64,000 bases of DNA from Anaeromyxobacteraceae bacterium (GTDB lineage Bacteria; Myxococcota; Myxococcia; Myxococcales; Anaeromyxobacteraceae): contig JASGHJ010000002.1 of assembly GCA_047602405.1 (NCBI GenBank), positions 1,856,001 to 1,920,000 on the forward strand, given 5' to 3'. Each line of letters opens with the position of its first letter. The first letter of the stretch is position 1. The notes below the pieces were generated by a model. It saw only the letters and a list, made by a program, of their open reading frames with translations. It was not told the origin of the DNA and searched no databases. A program made the translations under genes and the position numbers. This document shows, piece by piece, positions 10,225 through 21,647 of this stretch.

Positions 10225-12770
10225 CGCGCGGCGCGCTCGGCTCGGCCGCGCTCGCGGCGGCGCTCGCGCTCGCGGGCTGCGACGTGACGTACCCGTGGAC
10301 CTCGAAGACGACGCCGCGTCCCCGGGTCGCGGTCTCGATGCCGAGCATCGACCTCACGCTCGGCGTCGACGTGCTGCAGCCGGAGCCGCTGACGTTCCGC
10401 ATCTCCGACACTCCGGTCCACGCCTGGTTGGAGGCGGAAGCCGCCTTCCACCTCGCCTCCGAGGCCGTCTTCGCCTCCACCGATCTCGTGATCGCGCCCG
10501 CCGTGCCCGCCTCGCTCGGGCTCGGCCTGCACGAGGGGACGCTCTGGCTGCACGTCTACGTCCCGGTGGAGAGCAGCCTCGCCGAGGTGAAGGGCAGCCC
10601 GTTCCGCGTCCACTACGCGTACCTCGTGACGCCGCCGCCGCTCACCACCGCCACGACCTCGATCACGCTCACCGGGCCCGCCGGCGGGCCGGTGCTCGAG
10701 GCGACCGTCCAGCTCGACGGACCGTCCAGCGCAGGAGATTGGTCCGCGACGATCGAGCCGGCCGATCAGTCGCTCACGGTCTCACCGGAGTCCGGCGACA
10801 CGCTGCCCGCCACCCTCACGGTGCGCGCATCGGCCACCCCGGCCCGGCTCTTCACCGGAGAGCTGCGCCTGTGGCGGCGCGGCAGCACCACCCGGATCCC
10901 GCTCACCGTCGCCGTGCGCCCGCCACCGCTCGTGGCGCCCGCGGCGCCGGTCGGGCTGAGCGTCGTCCACGGGCGCGAGGGCGGGGTACCGGATCTGACC
11001 TTCGAGGTCGGCACGAGCACCGGCGCGCCCTGCGCCATCCGCGGGTACTTCACCACCGACCCACAGGGCCCGTCGGGTTGGTTCGGCGCGCTCCAGCTTC
11101 CCGCGAATGCGCCCGGCACGGTCCGGCTGCGCATGAGCGGCGCGGATGCACCCGGGACCTTCAGAGGCACGATCGTCGTCGAACCGCTCGACTGCCTCGG
11201 CGGTCCACTGGTCATCCCGGTCGACCTCGTCCTGAAGGACGGAGCGATCTCCTTCCCGACCTACCGCCTCTTCTACATGCTGAACCTGGCCTCGCCAGCC
11301 GCGGCGGCGGTGCGCAGCATCCCCGTGACGTCGAGTGTCCCCGGGACGGCCATCTCCGTGGCACTCGAGAAGGGGTTCCTGACCGAGCAGCCCTGGCTCA
11401 TCGCGACCCCCGCCTCGGCGGTCCCCGCCCCGGCGATCACGCTCGAGGTGAAGGTCGACCCTGCCGCGCTCTCCTCCGGCGTCCAGGGCAACGCGGACAT
11501 GTCCGTGGCCGTCTCCTGGCACGAGCCGGATGGGGCCGCCGTCACGCGTCGCATCCCTGTGGGCCGGTTCACGTACTTCCCCGCGCCCACGGTCGTCGAG
11601 CCTCCCGCCGTCGCAGCCGGGCCCGTCACCGTGGGCGGCGAGGACGTGCCTTGTGACATCGCGAACCCGGTGATGTTCGGTGACTCAGCCGCCGTCGCGA
11701 TGAGCTGTCTCTACCCGGGCACCGTCCGCGCGACCCCACCGGCGCTGCCTCCCGGCGACTACCCGGTCTGGCTCGGCAACGCCGTCGGGGTGCGCCGCGA
11801 AGGCGCGCGTGTGACCTTGCTCGCCCCCGCGCCGCGCGCCGCGGCCTCCTGGCCGACCCCCGGCCGCACCACCCGCGTGTTCTTCGACGAACGCCGGCGC
11901 GCGCTCTACACGATTCACCCGGATGCGGGGAAGCTGGTGCGTCGGCTCGAGGCCGGCGGCTGGGCCGCCGAGGATCTCACCCTGTCCGGCCTGAGGGACG
12001 CGGCCCTGGATTCGGGCGGGACACGCCTGATCGCGTTCACCGGCACCGGCGTACGCAGCGTGGATCCGGTGACGCTCGCAGTCGCGGACGCCGCCTACCC
12101 GGGCGATCCGGTCGACCCCTCGGCGGGCACCTGGGACTGGACGCTCGCGCCCTCGATCTTCGGGCACACGCTGGCCATCCCGGGCGAGGCGGCGGCATGC
12201 GGCACGGGAGGCTGCACGTCGTACATGGTGCTCGGCGGCAGCGCCGGCTGGGCCATCTGGCGCTACCGCCCGTTCACGGGGGCGGTCACGGCGCCCTCCG
12301 GGGACCTCACCCGGACCCTGGTGGCCAGCCGGGCCTCCTCCGGGCCCGCGCTTCTCTTCAAGTACGACGAACTCTCCGGGAGCGAGGTGCCGGGCCTCTC
12401 CCTCGACGCGAGCGCCCTCGCGCTCGACCGCCTCGGCACGCGGATCCTGGCGCTCGCAGCCGGGCCCTCCGGGACGTCCACGCGCCTCCTCACCGAGGCC
12501 TACGCGGACGTGCCGGGCGCCCTGCCCACCTCCACCGAGGCGGCGCTCCTCGTCGCCGACGGGACGCGCGCGATCACCTTCGACGGCGCGGCCCGGACGG
12601 TCCGCGTCTTCGACCTCGCGGCGCCGCTCGACGCGGGCACGTTCCACGAGGCCGCGTCCGCCTCGCTCGTGGCCGATCCGGGCGCCGGGGTGGTGCTGGC
12701 GCTCTCCGGCGACGAGCGCACGCTCTTCGTCGCGGGCGACGCTCGCCTCGTGGTGGTCCCGCTGCCGTGA
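10221..12770 (+). CDS. Large lipoprotein with tandem Ig-like/BACON/IPT-like modules and a C-terminal beta-propeller-like region
   Basis: Lipobox ALALAG-C; beta-rich repeats such as LTVSPESGDTLPATLTV; IPT-like segment (TVVEPPAV...VMFGD...PALPPGDYPV); propeller-like blades (AALDSGGTRL, LALDRLGTRI, LALSGDERTLF). Confidence 0.7.
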   Translation: MTRGALGSAALAAALALAGCDVTYPWTSKTTPRPRVAVSMPSIDLTLGVDVLQPEPLTFRISDTPVHAWLEAEAAFHLASEAVFASTDLVIAPAVPASLGLGLHEGTLWLHVYVPVESSLAEVKGSPFRVHYAYLVTPPPLTTATTSITLTGPAGGPVLEATVQLDGPSSAGDWSATIEPADQSLTVSPESGDTLPATLTVRASATPARLFTGELRLWRRGSTTRIPLTVAVRPPPLVAPAAPVGLSVVHGREGGVPDLTFEVGTSTGAPCAIRGYFTTDPQGPSGWFGALQLPANAPGTVRLRMSGADAPGTFRGTIVVEPLDCLGGPLVIPVDLVLKDGAISFPTYRLFYMLNLASPAAAAVRSIPVTSSVPGTAISVALEKGFLTEQPWLIATPASAVPAPAITLEVKVDPAALSSGVQGNADMSVAVSWHEPDGAAVTRRIPVGRFTYFPAPTVVEPPAVAAGPVTVGGEDVPCDIANPVMFGDSAAVAMSCLYPGTVRATPPALPPGDYPVWLGNAVGVRREGARVTLLAPAPRAAASWPTPGRTTRVFFDERRRALYTIHPDAGKLVRRLEAGGWAAEDLTLSGLRDAALDSGGTRLIAFTGTGVRSVDPVTLAVADAAYPGDPVDPSAGTWDWTLAPSIFGHTLAIPGEAAACGTGGCTSYMVLGGSAGWAIWRYRPFTGAVTAPSGDLTRTLVASRASSGPALLFKYDELSGSEVPGLSLDASALALDRLGTRILALAAGPSGTSTRLLTEAYADVPGALPTSTEAALLVADGTRAITFDGAARTVRVFDLAAPLDAGTFHEAASASLVADPGAGVVLALSGDERTLFVAGDARLVVVPLP

Positions 12771-13033
12771 AGGCCCGCAAGCGCGCCTGGCGCGTCTACA
12801 TCGTCCGCTGCGCGGACGGCTCGCTCTACACGGGCTGCACGAACGATCTCGCGCGCCGCGTCGCGGCGCACTCGGCGGGCAAGGGCGCGCGCTACACGCG
12901 GTCGCGTCGGCCGGTGGTGCTGGTCTGGTCGGCGCGCGCGAAGGACCGGAGCGCCGCGCTGCGGCGCGAGGCACGGCTGAAGCTGCTCACCCGGGCGGAG
13001 AAGCTCGCGCTCGTGGCGGGCGCGCGGCGCTGA
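12767..13033 (+). CDS. GIY-YIG nuclease family protein (UPF0213/YazA-like)
   Basis: VYIVRCADGSLYTGCTNDLARRVAAHSAGKGARYTRSRRPV...ALRREARLK; GTGA overlap with the upstream stop. Confidence 0.9.
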   Translation: MKARKRAWRVYIVRCADGSLYTGCTNDLARRVAAHSAGKGARYTRSRRPVVLVWSARAKDRSAALRREARLKLLTRAEKLALVAGARR

Positions 13034-13100
13034 CGGTGTCGCGGGCGGGCCGGACGAACCTCCACCAAGGGTAGGTGAAGGCTGCTAGGGTGGGAACCGC

Positions 13101-13872
13101 ATGCGCGCCCTCGGTCCCCTCGCGCTCTGCGCGATCCTCGCCTCGGCCTGCCGGGAGGACCCCGCCCCCGCCCCCGCCCCCGCGCGACCGGTCCCGGCCT
13201 ACGCCGGCGTGGAGATCCGCACGAGCAGCGAGGCCCCGATCGTCCTCCGCTCGAGCACGGTGCCGCGCGACGCATCCCGTCTCGACGACGGGTGGATCCG
13301 CCTGTACGCGAACGGTGCGGACGCCCCGGACGGCGAGCTCCTCCTGAACGGCGTCGCGGTGCCGAAGAGGCCGGACACCTCCCTTCCCATCTGGGACGCC
13401 GCCGGGCTCGAGGTGCCGGGCGCCGGCCCTGGCTCGACGCTCGTGCTGGACGCGAAGGTGGGCGAGCTCACCGGGCGGCACGTCTTCGACTGCCCGCCCG
13501 CGGTGTCGAATCTCAATCTCGCCCGACCCGATGGTGCCTGGCCAGCCGGTCACCATCCGCTGGACGGGCGAGCTCTGGTGGAACGGACCGCTCTCGATCG
13601 CCCCCGACCCCGAGGTCGCGATCTGCTACGTGGGGAAGCCCGAGTACGAGTGGGTGGTCTCGTGCAGCACGGCGTGGACGGTCCCCGCCCGCGACGTGTC
13701 GGAGGTCACGCTCGTGCCCCCGATCAGCTACCAGGGGGACGGGTACGCCATCCAGGTCGACATCCCTGGGCGGCTCACGCAGGCGCAGTACCCCGCGCCC
13801 CCGGAGCTGCACTGGCACAGCGGGGAGTGCGTCCTGCGGCAGGTCGTGCCGGTCGCGTCGGTCCCGCCGTGA
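13101..13872 (+). CDS. Hypothetical lipoprotein (apparent +1 insertion at ~13510)
   Basis: Lipobox LASA-C. Removing one A gives ...PPAVSISISPDPMVPGQPVTIRW..., joining ORF 13101 to ORF 13531..13872. Confidence 0.55.
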
Positions 13873-14025
13873 GGCCGCATCAGCAGCCCCCCGGCTCGAA
13901 CGACGTGTTCCAGGCCACGAGCCCCTCGCGGCCGTAGACCTTCTGGACCTCGATGCGCAGGCCCGGCACGAGGTGCTGCTGGCGCGCCTCGACCGGGCGT
14001 GAGAGCCCGTGGCGCGGCCGAGGGT

Positions 14026-14631
14026 TCACACCCGCCGATACTCGATGTAGCGGGCGGTCTCCTCGGCGACTTCCTTCCCGCACACGCGCTCGACGATCCG
14101 GAACGCCATGTCGATGCCGGCGGACACGCCGGCGGAGGTCACGACGCCGTCCTCGACGAACCGGGCGCCGCGCTCGACGGTGATGGTCGGGTCGAGCGAG
14201 GCGAGGAGGTCGAGCGAGGCCCAGTGCGTGGTGGCCCGCTTGCCGGCGAGCAGGCCGGCCTTCGCGTACAGGAGCGCGCCGGTGCAGACCGAGGTGACGA
14301 GGTCCGCCTTCGCGGCCGTCGCGCGGATCCAGTCGAGCATCGGCGCATCGTTCAGGAGCGTCCGGGTGCCGAAGCCGCCCGGGACGACGAGGAGGTCAAT
14401 GTGCGGCGCGTCCTTGAAGCCGTGGCGCGGCACCACCTCGAGGTCGCCGGTGGCGCGGACGGGCGCCCGCGTGGCGGCCACGGTGAACACGTCGAAGGGC
14501 GCCGAGTCGTAGGTGCGGCGGGAGTCGGTGCCCGGCACGGTCCGCGTCCGGGAGAACACCTCGAACGGGCCCGCGAAGTCGAGGACCTCGACGTTGTCGA
14601 ACACCAGGATCCCGGTCCGCAGCCGCTCCAT
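14026..14631 (-). CDS. DJ-1/PfpI (InhA/ThiJ-like) family protein
   Basis: EVLDFAGPFEVF, VPGGFG, SVCTGA, ATTHW, TSAGVSAGID. Confidence 0.92.
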   Translation of the reverse strand: MERLRTGILVFDNVEVLDFAGPFEVFSRTRTVPGTDSRRTYDSAPFDVFTVAATRAPVRATGDLEVVPRHGFKDAPHIDLLVVPGGFGTRTLLNDAPMLDWIRATAAKADLVTSVCTGALLYAKAGLLAGKRATTHWASLDLLASLDPTITVERGARFVEDGVVTSAGVSAGIDMAFRIVERVCGKEVAEETARYIEYRRV

Positions 14632-14640
14632 CGCGTACCC

Positions 14641-15958
14641 CTAGGCCATCTGCAGGAAGAAGCAGGCTCGGGTCCTCGAGGTGCTTGATGACCTCGTAGC
14701 AGAACGCCGCCGCCTCGTGGCCGTCGATGACCCGGTGGTCGCAGGTGATGGATACGTTCATCATCTGGCGGACGACGATCTGCCCGCCCCGCACGACCGG
14801 GGTCTCGCGCATCCGGTAGAGCCCGAGGATCGAGACCTCCGGGTAGTTGATCACCGGGGTCGCGAACATGCCGCCGAGCGCGCCCAGGCTGGTGATCGTG
14901 AAGGTCGAGCGGCCCATGTCCTCCGGGCGCATCCGGCCGGCCTTCGAGTCGGCGGCGAGCCGCTCGATCTCCCGGGCGAGCTCGACGATGGTGCGGCGGT
15001 CCACGCCGCGCACGACCGGCACGACGAGGCCGGCGTCGGTCGCCGAGGCGAGCCCGAGGTCCCAGCGCCGGTGCAGGACGAGCTCGTGCTTCTCGTCGTC
15101 CATGGTGGCGTTGAGCTTCGGGAAGCGGCGCAGCGCGGCCACCACCGCCTTCATCACGAAGGGCAGGAACGTGACCTTCACGCCCTCCCCCTTCGCGGCG
15201 GCGGCGAGCTTCTCGCGGACCTTCACGAGCTCGGTGACGTCGCACTGCTCGACGAAGGTGAAGTGGGCGGCGGTGTGCGTCGAGCGCGCCATGTTCTCGG
15301 CGATGCGCTTGCGCAGGCCCTTCAGCGGCATGCGCTCGTCCGGCCCGGCCTGCACCGGCGGGAGCGGCGCGCGCACGGGCGCCGGCTGCTCGGCGGGGGC
15401 GGCCCACGCCGAGTGCTGCACCTCGTTCTTGCCGTGGCCGTTCGTGCCGCCGCGGGCGGCGAGGAGGTCGTCCTTCGTGACCCGCCCGCCCTGCCCCGTG
15501 CCCGGGACCACCTGGAGGTCCACGCCGAGCTCGCGCGCCATGGCGCGGACCGCGGGCGTGGCGAGGGCCTTCTGGCCGGGCGGCCTGCCCCCGGCGCCCT
15601 GAGGTGCGCCGGCACCGGCGCCGGGAGGCCGCATCGGGACCACCGGCGCGGGCGCCGCCCCGGCACCGGCGGGCGCGGCGGCGGCCTTCGCGGCCGGCGC
15701 GGACGCGGCGGCGGCCGAGCCCTCCACCTCGAGCTCCACGAGCGGCGCGTGCACCTTCGCGATGTCGCCGACCTTCCAGAACAGCTGGACCACCTTGCCG
15801 CGCTTCGGCGACGGGATGGTCACGGTCGCCTTGTCGGTCATGACCTCGACGAGCGGCTGGTCCTCGACCACCGCGTCGCCGGGCTTCACGAACCACTGCT
15901 GGACCTCGGCCTCGACGACGCCCTCGCCGATGTCCGGGAGCTCGAGCTTGTAACTCAT
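14641..15958 (-). CDS. Dihydrolipoamide acyltransferase E2 of a 2-oxoacid dehydrogenase (apparent +1 insertion near the C-terminus, ~14660)
   Basis: Lipoyl domain EVMTDKA, E3-binding ATPAVRAMARE...GTGQGGRV, catalytic DHRVIDG. Corrected end reads EDPSLLFLQMA*. Confidence 0.93.
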
Positions 15959-15968
15959 GGTGTGGCTC

Positions 15969-16943
<975 letters not shown>

Positions 16944-16970
16944 GGCACTCTCCCCGGTCGGCGGTGGCTG

Positions 16971-18185
16971 CTACTCGTTGTGGCGCGGGTTCGCGACGCG
17001 CGGGTCGTCGGCCATGGCGGCCTCGAGCTCGGCGAGCTGCTCGCGCAGCTGCGGGGTCGGCTCGGCGTACACGTCCTCGAAGAGCGACTCGACCGGCGGC
17101 TTCGCCGGGTGGGCCTCGGACTCCTTCAGCGCCCGCTGGATCTCGTCGCGGATCGTGGCGCGCATCGCCTCGTCGGCGGCGTCGTCGAGGACGCCCCTCG
17201 CGCGCAGGTACTTCTTCATCCGCTGGATGGGGTCCTTGCGGCGCCACGGCTCCACGAGGTCCGCGGGGCGGTAGGCGCGCGGGTCGTCGGAGGTCGAGTG
17301 GCCCTCGACGCGGTACGTGACGCACTCGAGGAGCGTCGGGCCCTCGCCGCGGGCGCCGCGGGCGCGGGCGCGCACCGTCGCGGCGTGCACGGCGAGGAGG
17401 TCGTTGCCGTCGACGCGCTCGCCGTGGATGCCGTAGGCGATCGCCTTCTGCGCGAAGGTCTCCGAGCCGGTCTGCTTCTCGCGGGGGAGCGAGATGGCCC
17501 ACCCGTTGTTGCGGCAGACGAAGACGACGCCGGACTTCCGGACCGAGGCGAAGTTGACGCCGGTGTGGAAGTCGTTCGCGGAGGTGGCGCCCTCGCCGAA
17601 GTAGACGACCGGCACCATCGCCTCGCCCCGGAGCCGCGCGGCCCAGGCGGTGCCCACCGCCTGGGGCACCTGGGTCGCGATCGGCGAGCTGATCGAGACG
17701 TAGCGCCCCGCCGCGTACGCCTCGTGGCAGGGCATCTGGCGGCCCTTGCCGAGGTCGGCGGCGTTGCGGAAGAGGTCGTTCATGAAGGTGACGAGCGGCA
17801 TGCCGCGGAGCAGCGCCGCGCCGTGCTCGCGGTAGCACGGGAAGATCCAGTCGCCGTCGGCCATGGCCGCGGCGGTGCCCCACACCGTGGCCTCCTCGCC
17901 GATGGAGCCGATGTAGAAGCCGATGCGGCCCTGGCGCTGGAGCGTGATCATCCGCTCGTCGAGCGTGCGGTTGAGCACCATGCCCCGGTACAGCTCGAGC
18001 GCCCTCGCGTCCGGGAGCGTCACCTCGGAGGGATCGACGAGCACCCCACCCTCGTCGTCGAGGACGCGGTAGAGCGGGAACTCGTCCGTCCAGCGCCCGG
18101 CCTCGGCGGACGGGCCGGGCGCGGGTGCGCCCTTGTCCTTGCGGTGCCGCGTCGATACGGGACCCACGTCGTGCTCTCGGCGCAT
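16971..18185 (-). CDS. 2-oxoacid (probably branched-chain) dehydrogenase E1 alpha
   Basis: LQRQGRIGFY, KGRQMPCH, TPP motif GEGATS...NN, YRVEGHSTSDDP. Confidence 0.94.
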   Translation of the reverse strand: MRREHDVGPVSTRHRKDKGAPAPGPSAEAGRWTDEFPLYRVLDDEGGVLVDPSEVTLPDARALELYRGMVLNRTLDERMITLQRQGRIGFYIGSIGEEATVWGTAAAMADGDWIFPCYREHGAALLRGMPLVTFMNDLFRNAADLGKGRQMPCHEAYAAGRYVSISSPIATQVPQAVGTAWAARLRGEAMVPVVYFGEGATSANDFHTGVNFASVRKSGVVFVCRNNGWAISLPREKQTGSETFAQKAIAYGIHGERVDGNDLLAVHAATVRARARGARGEGPTLLECVTYRVEGHSTSDDPRAYRPADLVEPWRRKDPIQRMKKYLRARGVLDDAADEAMRATIRDEIQRALKESEAHPAKPPVESLFEDVYAEPTPQLREQLAELEAAMADDPRVANPRHNE

Positions 18186-18195
18186 GGAGGACTCC

Positions 18196-19212
18196 CTACG
18201 GGACCGGCGAGGGCGCTGCGGCGCTGCGCTCTCGGCGTGAGGCGATCTCGCCGCGGAGGAACAGCTCCGCGGCGCGGTAGCTCGAGCGGACGAGCGGCCC
18301 GCTCGCGACGTAGCGGAAGCCGAGCGCCTTGCCGGCCTGCTCGAAGGCCCGGAAGCGCTCGGGCCGGACGTACTCGACGACGGGCAGGTGCCAGGCGCTC
18401 GGGCGGAGGTACTGGCCGAGCGTGAGGATCTCGACGCCGTGGGCGCGGAGGTCGCGCATCGCCTCGGCGATCTCCTCGTCGGTCTCGCCGAGCCCGACCA
18501 TGATCGACGACTTCGTCACGATGGACGGGAACTCCGCCTTCATGCGGGCGAGCACCCCGAGCGTCTGATCGTAGCTCGCCCGCGCGTCCCGGACGGCGGG
18601 GGTGAGGCGCCGCACGGTCTCGAGGTTGTTCGCGAAGACGTGCGGCGCGGCGCGGCCCACGGTGCGCACCGCGTCCGCGTCGCCGCGGAAGTCCGGGGTC
18701 AGCACCTCGACGAGGAGGTCCGGGATCCCGCGCAGCCGTCGGATGGCGTCGGCGAAGTGCGCGGCGCCGCCGTCGGGGAGGTCGTCCCGGTCGACGCTGG
18801 TCACGACGATGTAGTCGAGGCCGAGCGTCGCGATGGCCTCGGCGAGGTGGCGCGGCTCGTCGGGGTCGAGGGCGGGCGGGCGCGCGGCGGTCTTCACGTT
18901 GCAGAAGCGGCAGCCGCGGGTGCAGACGTCGCCCATCAGCATCACCGTCGCGGTCCCGCCGCCCCAGCACTCCGCCACGTTGGGACAGTGCGCCTCGGCG
19001 CAGACGGTGTGCAGCTTGAGGCCCCGCAGGGTCTCCTTCACCTTCTGGTACCGCTCCCCGCCTGGCACGTCGACGCGCAGCCAGGAGGGCTTGCGCGCGT
19101 CGCGCGGCAGCCCACGTTCGCGGAGGTCCTGGGCGATCTCCCGCCGGCTCGTGGGCAGGCTGGTGGAGTCGCCCGCGAGGACCGGCAGGCTGGAGCGAAT
19201 GGAATCGTCCAT
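18196..19212 (-). CDS. lipA: Lipoyl synthase
   Basis: [12 protein letters not shown] (CX4CX5C), radical-[12 protein letters not shown]-terminal RSSY. Confidence 0.96.
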   Translation of the reverse strand: MDDSIRSSLPVLAGDSTSLPTSRREIAQDLRERGLPRDARKPSWLRVDVPGGERYQKVKETLRGLKLHTVCAEAHCPNVAECWGGGTATVMLMGDVCTRGCRFCNVKTAARPPALDPDEPRHLAEAIATLGLDYIVVTSVDRDDLPDGGAAHFADAIRRLRGIPDLLVEVLTPDFRGDADAVRTVGRAAPHVFANNLETVRRLTPAVRDARASYDQTLGVLARMKAEFPSIVTKSSIMVGLGETDEEIAEAMRDLRAHGVEILTLGQYLRPSAWHLPVVEYVRPERFRAFEQAGKALGFRYVASGPLVRSSYRAAELFLRGEIASRRERSAAAPSPVP

Positions 19213-19401
19213 GGGATCGCGCCCGATTTAGCGATGGAATCCTTCGGGGTCAAGCAGCGGACGCCCCCGCCCCCTCAGGTGCGGGGAAGCGTGGGACAGG
19301 ACGGCTACGAGGGGAGCCGCGGCTCGCATGCTATACTGCCGCCTCCCCCTTTAGGGTTGCCCTTCTCGCCGTCCTCTCGCGGGGTTCCAGCACCTCAGGA
19401 C

Positions 19402-20481
19402 ATGTCCGAGCAGACCACCACCACCGAACCCACGCGCATCCTCATCGTCGACGACGACACCGCGGTGCGGGACGTCATCAGCGTGCTCCTCCGGGAGGAG
19501 GGCTACGCCTGCACCTCCGTGAACTCGGCCGAGGCCGCCCTCGACGCAGCGCGACAGACCGAGTACCCGCTCGTCATCAGCGACGTGCGCATGCCGGGCA
19601 AGGACGGCTTCTGGCTGCTCGACCGCGTGCGCGAGTCCTACCCGGACACCGCGGTCATCATGCTGACCGCCTACGGCGACACCGAGGCGGCCGTCGAGTG
19701 CCTGCGGAACGGCGCCGCCGACTACCTCCTCAAGCCGCCGAAGGTCACCGACCTCATCCGCGCCATCGAGCGGGCCCTGGGGCGCCGCCGGCTCGAGCTC
19801 GCCCGGCACCGCTACCGGCGCAGCCTCGAGAACCGCGTCCGCGAGAAGACGGCCGAGCTCTCGAAGACCCTCCACGACCTCGAGAACACCTACTCCCAGA
19901 CCCTCTGGTCGCTCGTGCTCGCGCTCGACGCCCGGGAGCACGAGACCGGCGACCACTCGCAGCGGGTCGTCCGCTACACGCTCGCGATCGCCCGCCGGCT
20001 CGGGATCACCGAGAAGGACCTGCCTGACATCGGCCGCGGCGCCCTGCTCCACGACATCGGCAAGATCGGCGTGCCGGACGCCATCCTCCTGAAGCCCGGC
20101 AAGCTGACGCCGGAGGAGTGGACCGAGATGCGCCGGCACCCGCACATCGGCCACTCCATCCTGCGGAGCATCGACTTCCTCGACGTGCCCGCCGAGATCG
20201 TGCTCTGCCATCAGGAGCGGTTCGACGGCCGGGGCTACCCCCGGGGCCTCTCCGGGGAGGCCATCCCGGTGGGCGCCCGGATCTTCGCCATCGCCGACAC
20301 CTTCGACGCGATGACGAACGACCGCCCCTACCGCAAGGGCCAGGGCATCGAGGCCGCCCGGGCGGAGATCGCCCGCTATGCCGGCACCCAGTTCGACCCC
20401 CGTGCGGCCGAGGCCTTCCTGTCGATGACCGACCGGGACATCGCAGAGATCTCCAAGCCCTCGCAGAAGCCGCCGATCTAG
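19402..20481 (+). CDS. Response regulator with HD-GYP cyclic-dinucleotide phosphodiesterase domain
   Basis: REC domain (ILIVDDD, SDVRMP, K); HSQRV, LHDIGKIG, HQERFDGRGYP, DRPYRK. Confidence 0.93.
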   Translation: MSEQTTTTEPTRILIVDDDTAVRDVISVLLREEGYACTSVNSAEAALDAARQTEYPLVISDVRMPGKDGFWLLDRVRESYPDTAVIMLTAYGDTEAAVECLRNGAADYLLKPPKVTDLIRAIERALGRRRLELARHRYRRSLENRVREKTAELSKTLHDLENTYSQTLWSLVLALDAREHETGDHSQRVVRYTLAIARRLGITEKDLPDIGRGALLHDIGKIGVPDAILLKPGKLTPEEWTEMRRHPHIGHSILRSIDFLDVPAEIVLCHQERFDGRGYPRGLSGEAIPVGARIFAIADTFDAMTNDRPYRKGQGIEAARAEIARYAGTQFDPRAAEAFLSMTDRDIAEISKPSQKPPI

Positions 20482-20576
20482 GGGTCCCGGCGGCCCGGCC
20501 GGGCCGACCCGAACACAAGGTGAACCCGCACTCTTTTCGCCGCGCCGCCCCGTGCGCGCGGGGGTCCTATTCTGTT

Positions 20577-21599
20577 ATGGGACCCTCCGTGGCTACCCCG
20601 GACAACAGCCCGCCGAGCGGCACCGGTCGCGAGCGCCTCGTCGACGCCCAGGGCCGTCAGATCCGCTACCTGCGCCTCTCGCTGACGGACCGCTGCAACT
20701 TCCGCTGCAGCTACTGCTCCCCGCTCGGCGTGGACGACCCGCGCGACGACCCGCTCACTCGCCCCGAGGCGGCGCGGCTGGTCGGGATCTTCGCGAAGCT
20801 CGGCGTCGAGCGCGTCCGCCTCACCGGCGGCGAGCCCACCCTCCGGCGCGACCTCGTCGACGTCGTGCGCGACATCTCGAGCACGCCGGGCATCGCCGAG
20901 GTGGCGATGACGACGAACGGCCAGTTCCTGTCGGAGCTGGCGGCGCCGCTCAAGGCGGCCGGCCTGACGCGCCTCAACGTCTCGCTCGACACGCTCGTGC
21001 CCGAGAAGCTGAAGAAGCTCTCCGGCAAGGCCGCGACCCTCGACCGGATCATGCGCGGCCTCGCCGCCGCGCAGCGCGAGGGCTTCGCGTCGATGAAAGT
21101 GAACGTGGTGGTCGTGAAGGGCGTGAACGACGACGAGCTCGCCGCCCTCGCCCGGTTCGCCTGGCAGCACGGCGCGACGCCGCGCTTCATCGAGCTCATG
21201 CCGTTCGGCGACGGCGAGCCCATCCCGACCGCCGAGGTGAAGAAGCTCCTCGAGGCGGGCGGCATCGCGCTCGACAAGGACGACACGCGCGGCTGGGGCC
21301 CGGCCTACCACATGCGCGGCCGCACCGCCGACGGCGCCACCGGGCTCGTGGGCTTCATCGGCGCGATGACCGAGAACTTCTGCGAGGGCTGCAACCGGGT
21401 CCGCGTGGGCGCCGACGGCTCGCTCCGCGCGTGCCTGGGCGGCCGCGACCGCGTGCCGCTCAAGGACTACCTGCGCAACGGGACGCCGGACGCGGAGATC
21501 GAGGAGAAGATCCGCACCGCGCTCATGCTGAAGCACCCGCACCACGAGATGGCGCCGGGCAAGAAGACGCTGCTGCCGATGATCGGGTACGGCGGGTAG
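20577..21599 (+). CDS. moaA: GTP 3',8-cyclase
   Basis: YLRLSLTDRCNFRCSYC, RLTGGEP, C-terminal FCEGCNRVR...C and terminal IGYGG. Confidence 0.94.
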   Translation: MGPSVATPDNSPPSGTGRERLVDAQGRQIRYLRLSLTDRCNFRCSYCSPLGVDDPRDDPLTRPEAARLVGIFAKLGVERVRLTGGEPTLRRDLVDVVRDISSTPGIAEVAMTTNGQFLSELAAPLKAAGLTRLNVSLDTLVPEKLKKLSGKAATLDRIMRGLAAAQREGFASMKVNVVVVKGVNDDELAALARFAWQHGATPRFIELMPFGDGEPIPTAEVKKLLEAGGIALDKDDTRGWGPAYHMRGRTADGATGLVGFIGAMTENFCEGCNRVRVGADGSLRACLGGRDRVPLKDYLRNGTPDAEIEEKIRTALMLKHPHHEMAPGKKTLLPMIGYGG

Positions 21600-21610
21600 A
21601 CCGTCTTCCA

Positions 21611-21644
21611 CGCCGGCGCTTCGCGCCTGCGCTCGGGACGAGCG
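21611..21644. repeat. Short intergenic REP-like element, copy 1
   Basis: Hairpin GGCGC-TTC-GCGCC followed by CGCTCGGGACGA; a related copy lies at 27930-27963. Confidence 0.5.
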
Positions 21645-21647
21645 AGG

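Noticed and set aside
12767..13033. GIY-YIG as a homing endonuclease or defence nuclease
   Set aside because: It is the short stand-alone UPF0213 type, with no intron or DNA-binding extension.
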